From the human T2T-CHM13v2.0 reference genome, Homo sapiens, in NCBI RefSeq assembly GCF_009914755.1, contig NC_060935.1: a DNA stretch of 64,000 bases. One strand, given 5' to 3'. Position 1 is the stretch's first letter. Every line of letters starts with the position of its first letter. A program made the position numbers and the translations under genes. Below the pieces are notes generated by a model. The model was given only the letters and a program-made list of their open reading frames with translations. It made no database searches and was not told the origin of the DNA. This document shows positions 52,916-64,000 of this stretch, in pieces.

Positions 52916-54959
52916 ACAATCAACCTATTAAAATGAAAAGAAACACACCCCTAGCAAGTTTCTAAGAATTAATGATAAACTGCTTTCCATGACTTCTACA
53001 GCCTCACTGTATAATCAGAATCAATACCTTAGACTCTAGGATTTCAGAAATCTATGGATCATAATATTTTAAAGTGGCTATTATGTCTATGATGGCCTTC
53101 AGACCTACCTACCTACCAAAATAAGGTGAAAAATGCTGTATTTAGAAAAGTATCTGGCGTCACTTAAAATAATTAACAGCTTAATTTCTAACCTGGAAAT
53201 TCAGAAAGTCCAATAATGGGCTTTGTGTGTGCTGTGGGAAAATATACAACTGATTATGGCTAATGACCTTTTTAAAATGACATTTTCTATTTGTCTGAAA
53301 TTCATTACTAATCCCAAAATTAATAGAAGTCAGGTTAGCACAGAATTAAGATCTGGGAATTCAGATGGAAAAGGCTCACATTAGGCTTAGATTTCAAGAG
53401 AGCAACATTCAAGATAATAAATTGAGACTGTTCTAGAAAACCCTTTATAAAGGGAAGCAAAAATATAGGAATTATTTCAATTTTGACTCATATACTTAAC
53501 AGAAGAAGACAGAAAATGCTGGAATTTTTATTTCACGGGCTGCTTAAATCATGTAATTTGTATATATATGAAGCTATATAAAGTTTGCTTCTCAAGTACA
53601 GCAAAACTTTGATACTGGAAGATTGGTTCGTTAAATATTAACTTGGCAACAAACTACTACCCTCCACATCAATTACGGGTTTAACCTATAAAAACACTCA
53701 ACTACCACACTTACATACAATCATACACAGGCAAGAAAGGGGGTGTGCGTGCTAACAGCTTCTTGAAAACGGGCTCTGGAAGGAGCTTGATCCTTGAGAC
53801 TTTTCCTGCTACGTTCTCATACCTTCTAGGGGAGGAGCTTTGGGAACATTCTGGCGAGGCTTCACGTGGCCATTCTCAGTCTGTCCTCTCGCTCTCCTTG
53901 ACTTTCTTTGCAAGATGGCAGAGAATTAATATTTTGTTATCAGCTGCTTCTTGGAGCTAAGACTGCCCTGAATTTACCCTCTATCCTTTAGTTTGTCTTG
54001 AAAGCTTTCAAGTATGAGAGTGGCTATCTAGATGAAATCACTACCTTCTCAGGGAATTATTCCTCTTCTCAGAGGAGACAAAAGCACTTGGTCAATTTTA
54101 TGATGTCTGATTGTGGTGCTTATGAGGCTAAGACATAGACCATATTTCTGCATAGGTCGATGCTTTAAAGGAAAATTATCTTTCATAGCTACCATCTTTC
54201 CCTGCCCTCCTTTGAAATGTTTTATTGATCTTACAGAGGACTATGCTAAGGAGTTGGGATGGAGAGCAGAGATTTTTGTCTATTATGCTCAATGAAGTAT
54301 CCCAATGCCTGACATATAGTAGGCACTTGAGAAACGTGTGTTGAATAAATGAGCAGACTAGGGGATTAGCCAGGTTCAGCTAATCCCACCTATACCTACA
54401 GAGAAAAAGAAATCCCATGCCCAAATCACGTTATTTTTTTCAGCATTGTCATGGCACTAATGCTATAGTCAGACCCTGCAAAGAACCATTTTAAATAAAC
54501 TCTTGCACTGGAAAATAAATGGCCTACCCAGATCTTGTTCAGAATCTCTCACCCTGAGAGCTAAAACCTGGAGGAGAGGCAGCACAGGCTGGATATTTCC
54601 TCAGAGTCTGTCAGTTTCCTGCCCTGCTGATATGAGCCTGAAGCTGATTTGGGCTCAAGATTCAAACCAGCATTTCAAAGCTCTGGAGCACAATGAAAAC
54701 TAGACTCAGTTATTTAAACAATTCCTGAGAACTGTCTGTTAGATTTCCTGGTTTTTGAAGTTCCAATCACCAGAAAAGTTTAAGTGGTTTGAGATTGGTG
54801 ACATGAAATCCATAAAATTTGAGTTCATTCCTAGTTATACCAACTGGGCCTCCCTTGAAGGTCCTGAATGATTATAAGGAAGAGATAGGACACTTTAATG
54901 AAAAAGCCAGTGACTTTTTTGGAGAATAAAGGTTTGAAGGTATACATTTGTAATAACTC

Positions 54960-55894
<935 letters not shown>

Positions 55895-56149
55895 TAAAAG
55901 ACAACTACTTCCCAATAAGAAATGGCCTTAAACTTACTGATGTGGGCGATTAGCTTCTTTTTTGAGGAATGAAATAATGGCTACAATTTGGGGGAAAAAC
56001 TCCTCATCCCTGAACTCTCACCCTCTTTCCAGACATGGAATCAGATGACAATGGGAATTCTTTGATTCCAAAGAGAGACTCTGAAAAAGAAATGAGCATT
56101 TACAAAGGGGAGGTGGTAGTGGTGTCTTGCTGAATAAAAACAACTAATG

Positions 56150-56430
56150 TGGCCGGACACTGTGGCTCACGCCTGTAATCCCAACACTTTGGGAGGCCTA
56201 GACAGGTGGATTACTTGAGGTCAGGAGTTCGAGATCAACCTGGCCAACACGGCAAAACCCCATCTCTACTAAAAATACGAAAATTAGCCAGGCATGGTGA
56301 CGCGCCTGTAGTCCCACCTACTCGGGCTGGAATTACAGGTGCTCACAGTGAGCCAAGATTGCACCACTGCGCTCCAGCCTGGGTGATGGAGTAAGACTCT
56401 GTCTCAAACAAACAAACAAAACAAAAAACA
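56150..56430 (+). mobile_element. AluS with internal rearrangement; TSD aaaaacaactaatgt
   Basis: Alu consensus; part of the right arm is replaced by a short inverted Alu motif. Confidence 0.88.
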
Positions 56431-56644
56431 ACTAATGTTTTCTTGTTGTGCTGCCTGTTACCTATCACAGCCCTTTTTGCCTCTTCTCTACCATCTCTCA
56501 GACATCAAGATCACATGTGTGGGATGAAGCACTCAAGAATAAGTGGGTGCTATCAATGCTCCAAGGTTAACAGGTAAAAAAAATGAATGGCGTTCCTTAC
56601 TTTCCCCATAAATTTTCGGTCAGTATATTCTCCTCAGTAATTGT

Positions 56645-57522
<878 letters not shown>

Positions 57523-57656
57523 CTAAAGAATGAATAGACATGCCTCCTTGGTGAATGGCCGGAACTTTCATAATATGTCTAAATATTTTCTGATCTTCCC
57601 AATGGTCATTAAACTTAGGCAGACACACTTTCTGGAAAGGTGAAGCATCTACTTAC

Positions 57657-57717
57657 TGTGCTTCTTCAGAAGACTCTTGTTTTATTTTTAATGTTCTCTT
57701 TGTGACAGGTATTTCAT
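57657..57717 (-). CDS. MSANTD2: MSANTD2 61-nt penultimate exon (DEIPVTKRTLKIKQESSEEAQ)
   Basis: gctttttcag| acceptor and gtaagt donor; phases 1 and 2 join the flanking exons in frame. Confidence 0.88.
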
Positions 57718-59381
57718 CTGAAAAGCAAAGATTTTGAAAAAAGTTATACTTTCCTAAGTGGTGGCATGCATGTATGTAGATAAGTAGCTATGTTTACTGA
57801 TCATTCCATACTTTCCAAAACCAGGCTTTTATTCTAGTGTCAAACACTGTCCAATGTCAGATTTATAAATATAGCTCTTATATAATGAGATGCATACATT
57901 TATATGTAACATCAGAAACCAGCTCTACAAGTATAAAATTCTTCAAGGTCACCAGTGGATTTCTAGCTAGGAGCTTAAAGCTTAATTTCACTGCAGACAT
58001 GATTTTAAAAGGACAAGAATAAAAATAATTCTGTTCCATTTAGATTTTCTATGTAGGTTTTACAAAGCAATTATTCCCCCAATGTCAGGATCAACATATT
58101 CTGCATATTGCTTTTTTCCCAAAGGTTTGAGTGACTTAACTCTCTACAGCAAAACCAGTGTTATGGAATGCCAAAGTAATTTAGACCTTATTACTCCTTT
58201 GAAATTAATCGGTAGTGATCGCTTACCATCTACCCCTTTTATTCTTCTAATCGTTAAGTCCATTTCTTATACGCTGTTAGTCTTATAGTTTTATAACCTC
58301 TTTCTTCTTTGACTGTCTTCCAATATTTGAAGAGTATTTTTAAAACAACATTGCTAAGAAACATATTAGCATTTAGTCCTTTTTCTTTGGAATTAACATT
58401 TTTCTATCATCAAGAATTTGGTAAAAAACAGAGCCCATGGACTTTTATCTAAAGCTCAGGGAGCATGTTTATACTGCCAATCCTACTTATACTTCCTTGG
58501 GGGCTGCCTGAGTACCAAGGGCTGGGAGCAAGAATATACCCTTCTAAGTGAGCACTCATTACATAACCTCCTGTTAATGTACAATGGCTGATTGATCAGT
58601 ACCTCCAAATTATGAAATCAAATTATGAAAATAAAAATTGGAGCATGTAATGCGCAAAGAAACAGAACAATCCCACAACTACATATATACTCTTAGTTAG
58701 GCCCTACAAGTTTAGATTTGATGACCAGGAATTTTATTTTCCATTTTTAATGCCTATGACTGTATAAATAATTCCAGCTACTGTTGGGATGCGATCCCTT
58801 AAGAAGTGTGAAGGAACATGATCACACAGTTCAAATAACAGCTCTATTCAAGATAAATGGAGGCTTCCCCTCATTTTGTGTTCAGGCTCAAGTCTGAGAG
58901 AAGACCTTTTCCAAATCATAAACAGAAAAGAAAAATGTATTTGGGATAAAAGAAGGAATTCCTAAGAACAACATCTACAGCAGTTGGGCCAAGATATCTT
59001 AGCAGTCATCTTAGAACTAGAAGGTACAGGATATTTAGAATTGCATAGGATGTTACCTGTCACTGAGTGTACTTGTATAGCTCAGAATTAGAAATTCTTC
59101 TGTGTCTTTGGGAATCCTGCTGGTAAACAACTTGCCAAATGAACAACACCAAGCACCAGTTGGCAGTTTAAGGCTAAACCAAGGATGCCCACATTGCCCC
59201 AAATAGACTGGGACATGCAAATTCATGAAAGACATACAAGGCAGAGATGCCCTTTATGCCTTATGCTGACCACTATAGGGAACAGTACCAAAGATATTTA
59301 CAGGTAATAAGTACTGGTGCACATACATAAAGGTATATAAATATACACAAACATAAGTATCATATATGTTGGCTTTCTTAC

Positions 59382-59637
59382 CCAATTCCTGATCTGTTGG
59401 ATAGCCATGGAGATCCTGACTGTGGTTTCCCCAGTCCTCCTGTGAATAGTCCTCCATAGTGCTGCCATCTGACTCCAGCTCCTGGTACAAGCCACTACTG
59501 TTAATAAGTACAGGCTGGCAGGGCTGAGCATCCCATCCTCCCTGACCAAACACCTGTTCCAACTGTTCAAATGTGTAACTGCTCTTTCTTTTCCCAACAC
59601 CATGTTCTTTCACCCGACTGTAACACCTGCGAAGGGT
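59382..59637 (-). CDS. MSANTD2: MSANTD2 internal exon (end of Myb/SANT-like domain region)
   Basis: ttag|[41 protein letters not shown]...PTDQEL|gtaag. Confidence 0.9.
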
Positions 59638-60959
59638 CTAAGACACAAAGTCTTTTGTTATTCCTTTAAAGCTGTACTTCCTCTTCCAGGTACGGACCAC
59701 AGATATTAATTACTATTAGACAGACACAGACAGACAAACATAGACACATTGTTACAGGAATGCTAGATTTCAAATTCATTATTATATTAGAAAAAAATAC
59801 TAATTTAGCATTTACTCAAACATGTTATAATTAAAACAATTATTTTGCAATTAATTATCCATTAAACAACAAGAAACATTACAACATTATTGCATGTACC
59901 CCATACACATATTTTTATACCCCCACCCCCATTTAAAAAGAATAAGGGGGAAAAAAAACAAGAAATACCAGCCAGCCAATAGGATGCACACCTGCCACAG
60001 AAGAGAGAGAGCTGCTGTTGTGCCCAGAATTTGGAAAAAGTGAGGGAAGGGAGGACAGAAAGAAGAATTTCCCAAAGCAAAGAATACCTGCCTTACTCTT
60101 GATTAAGAAGGAATGAATACAGGGTAAAAATAATTGCCTAGACAAATTAGCTAGTAAAACATATTACTTACATAGTTGTATTCCTTACTAACTCAGTCTT
60201 TGTGGAAGCCGCTAAAATTTAAAACAGAGGTCAAATCAATAATGCTACAAATTCCAGGTCTCAAACATCAATGATCAAGAAACAGTACACTAATACCTAC
60301 GTCTAAAGCTAGACAATCTACTCGTCTGTTCTACCAACTCAAGCTGCCAGCTAAACAAACCAACAAATGAAGCCAGTGATTTCTTTCTGGGGAAAAGGAC
60401 GGGACAGAGGGGTGTTATTTCACTTCCTTTTCTGCCATGTGGCACACAGCAAATAAATATCATTATGCAAATCCACAGACAAAACCTGAATAATTTTATT
60501 CTCTTGTACAACCCTTCCATTTTTACCATGGTCTTTATTTCTAACACATATTTCTGATTATTAGCCCAGTTTCCTGAATTTAATGGTACATCTTATGCTA
60601 TCTTATATGGCATTTCAAAAGATAAATCAAGGGCTTAATCCCAGCTTCCAAATTTAGTTAAGTTGCAACCAGTCTCTATCCCATCTCTGCCTCCCTTTGT
60701 TCCTTCTAATCTCCCTTCTACTTTACTGAGTTTCACTAATTATTTTCTTGAAATAAGATCTCTTTTCCCTGGTGGCTACCAAATACTTTCTAACTCAACT
60801 GTTCAAAAGTAGTTCACCTCAGACTTAATTTGTAGGCACTGCCAGACTAAATTTATCCTAAACGTGAGATTGCTCTCCATAAGCCAATATGTTAACTATT
60901 TTCACCAAACTAAAACAACTCTTAATAATATCTACAAAGCCTCCAAGGAAGTTCAGTCT

Positions 60960-61260
60960 CTTTATTTATATATTTTTTGAGACAGCACTTCGCTCTTGTT
61001 GCCCAGCCTGGAGTGCAATGGCGCCATCTCGGCTCACTGCAACCTCGCCTTCTGGGTTCAAGTGATTCTCCTGCCTCAGCCTCCCAAGTAGCTGGGATTA
61101 CAGGCATGCGCCACCCTGCCCGGCTAATTTTGTAATTTTAGTAGAGACGGGGTTTCTCCACGTTGGTCAGGCTGGTCTTGAACTCCCGACCTCAGGTGAT
61201 CCGCCCGCCTTGGCCTCCCAAAGTGCTGGGATTACAGGCGTGAGCCACCACACCCAGCCA
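60960..61260 (-). mobile_element. AluS (Sp/Sq-like) with TSD ggaagttcagt
   Basis: Reverse Alu with cgctcttgttgcccag; flanking direct repeat. Confidence 0.9.
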
Positions 61261-63639
61261 GGAAGTTCAGTATCTTTAAATCACAGTTGACAATCTACAA
61301 GACACTCTATCAGATACTTTAAAAATTTGTCCCTTGAAGCCAGAAATCTAGATGGGTAAAAGGAATAATAAAAGCACGACATGTGTGATGATCTTCCTCA
61401 CACAAAAACAGAGCAACAATTAAGAGTCTCCCACCCTAAAGCCAGCCGGCCTACCCCCTGCACAAGCATCTGCCTCATTCTCCCTTTCTTGAGATCTCTT
61501 CTGGAGCCTCAAATGATGCCTTAGAGAACTGAGGTTTCCAACGATACACTCTTTTTAAAAGTGTTTCTTCTTCCTCTTTGTAAAAGATAGTCACAATTAC
61601 ATAAGACAAAACTTTCTAGAACAAACCAGAAATATGAACTTGGCAAATGTGTGTCATGGGCAAACCTTCCAATGGAAGGAGACAAATGCCTGCGGCAGAG
61701 CTCATTTGACTTTCTACACACTCCCCCTTTCCCAGCGCCCTCTGCCCTCCTTGCAGGGATTGGAATTTGAATTCCAAACATCCCTTGCCAATTTATTTTT
61801 ATCTCACAATGTCTAGTTTCTGCCTCCAAGAACACCCCAACCACTCTTTTCAACTCCTCCAAGGACCGTAAATGGAGAGTCCCAACCATGTCCCTTTCAC
61901 CCTTCCAAGGCCATAAATGGAGAAGGAAACCATGCCACTGCTCACTACTTACTGACTCCCTGGAGAAAAGCATTCAGCACACACAAGGGCCCAGTTGGCT
62001 CTGTTGCTGACGGTTATTTCGGAAGTCAGGGAATAAAACTAACATTCCTTTCAAGAAAGGTGCCACACATATCAGGAAGTGACACAAGCATAAGCAAAGC
62101 CACCAATCTCTGGCGATAGACATGGTAGGAAACCACAGCAAAGACTCTTACTCTCTTTGGAACCACCAAATTGAGCTTAATACTTCACTTGGCTTATGTA
62201 ATTGTGAATAAGGAAACTAGCAGTATCTAATGGTTACAGATATGGAAGAAAAGTCAGGTGACACATTTTACAATTTATCAAAAGACACTAACAGATCTTG
62301 CTACTTCTTACTTTGTAGTGTACTTTTGTAATACACTTGAATACTGCACTATGCTAGTATGTAAAATATCTATCAGGGGCCTGAAGGAAAGATGTTTGGT
62401 AACTTTTAAATCCATGATAGGAATTTGATGTATTGAAATCATGTTAAAAAAGATTTCCCAACTGATTTTAACTCTCTCAAGATATAAATGCACTTAAGAG
62501 GTAACTTCTGGGTTCAGTAAAGACCACAGATCCAAGGAGAGGCTATTTAAATCACATCAACTAAGAAAAAAAAAGAGTAAGAACTGAAACTTCGGCTTGA
62601 CTGGTACTGTAAGAAGCACTGGGATTGAGTTAAACTTGAGGGAGTTTAGAGATGGATAAAAAGGAACTATGGAGACCTTCCAATTATCACCCACAATAAA
62701 GCAAAAGAGGTTACACTTTCCACACTCTAAATTAGCCAAAGCATGGAATTAAGACTGTGCGTGTCCCAGTCCTAAATAAACCCACTTAAAAACCTACTCT
62801 AGAGCTGAGATTACAATAATGCTCAGAAAAACGAAGCCTCAATTCCCATTTCAGACAGCTCTCAAACCCAACAAGAACCTCAATTTGGCTTTCTTGGAGA
62901 ACCATGTCCTATTCAACACAAAAATCTTGCTTCCCTTTCTTCTTCCTTTATTTTACTCATCCTAGAAATTTGTAGTAACTTAAGCTTAATAGTTTCTAAA
63001 AATTAAGGTCTGGGGCAGGGGCAGAAATGTGCTTAAAATTATTAAAAACTATTCTATTCACAATTAGAGATTGTAATTTTCCTGACTGTTGGAAATCTCC
63101 CCGGTAAATTGACATGATGCTGTTGTCTCCCCCTGGAGGAAGAGTTGTGAGAGAATACTGTATCCTGAAAGAAGCTGTAGGGATAGAGGTCAGGAGGAGT
63201 CAGGAAAACCTGGACTGAAGAACTAAAGCATAGGTAACAACTTGATCGGTGGTCAACCCAGAGGAGTTCATGGTATTTGATTTGGAAGCAATGGCAAGAG
63301 AATGCTTACTAAATCCACCATGCCAAGTGCTTCATGACTATGAAGGGAAAAGAGCCAGAGAAAAGACTTCAAAGATGTCCCATTACCAAAGCAGGGAGAA
63401 AAATAAGATGGCTGACAACTGACAATTTATAGGACAGAGTGAAAGTTTTGCCAAAGTTTAAGATTAGAGTAAAAGGAAATGAGAGAATAAAAAGATGACA
63501 TTCATTGTGGATGAATGTATGGGGAGTCTATGGGGGAGGGGGAAGGTAAACAAAGGCAGGAGTTTTAGATTGGCAGGATTGGGGGTTTAACGGCAGCAAT
63601 GTAGAGAAAGACCCAGGGTTACAGTACACGTAACATTAA

Positions 63640-63880
63640 ATACAGTGCACAATGCAGCTATCTTGCCAAAGTAAGTAAATCCAGTATTGGGTTGTATAAG
63701 CAGAGGAATCACATGTAAGCTATGAAGGTGGCTCTTCCTCTCTATTCAGCACCGGTGAGGCCACAGCTGGAGCACAGCATTCAGTTCTGGGCATCGAACC
63801 AGCTACAAGAGAGGGAAATTGTAGAGTTCAGAAAAGGGCAAATAAAATATTGAAAGGCTTGGAAAATAAGATCTATAAGC
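63640..63880 (+). mobile_element. L3/CR1 LINE fragment
   Basis: ggtgaggccacagctggagcacagcattcagttctggg...gttcagaaaagggcaaataaaat.ttgaaaggcttggaaaa resembles the CR1 RT C-terminus. Confidence 0.65.
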
Positions 63881-64000
63881 AGGGACAGTGGTTTCATCAA
63901 AGCCCTTCCTGACATTACCTAAGCTACTTTTGGGGTGAAATTAAGGTTTATTTTGCTTTAGTGTCCTCCAATCCTTTGACTTTCAGGAAATGGGAAGAAT

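Overview
Human genomic DNA recognisable as the 11q24.2 NRGN-VSIG2-ESAM-MSANTD2 interval. The first ~24 kb is intergenic and repeat-rich: an ERVL gag/pol relic, a MER4-type solo LTR, many Alus and MIRs, an orphan CpG-rich element and a diverged inverted duplication. It is followed by NRGN (+ strand, 78 aa, 4 exons), then the paralogous CTX-family Ig genes VSIG2 (-, 7 exons, 327 aa) and ESAM (-, 7 exons, 390 aa), and the last three coding exons of MSANTD2 (-; its first exon lies beyond the window). Exon boundaries were read from GT-AG signals and reading-frame continuity. The most notable unexplained structure is in the last MSANTD2 intron: an 80-bp non-Alu inverted repeat (70/80 identical) whose downstream arm carries a candidate branch point, acceptor and donor, suggesting an RNA-duplex-masked poison exon or microexon. 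A second candidate poison exon nearby is bracketed by inverted Alus. Also notable: the NRGN intronic DR4 thyroid-hormone element lies inside a MIR SINE, and the VSIG2 exon-4 acceptor depends on a pure T26 tract.
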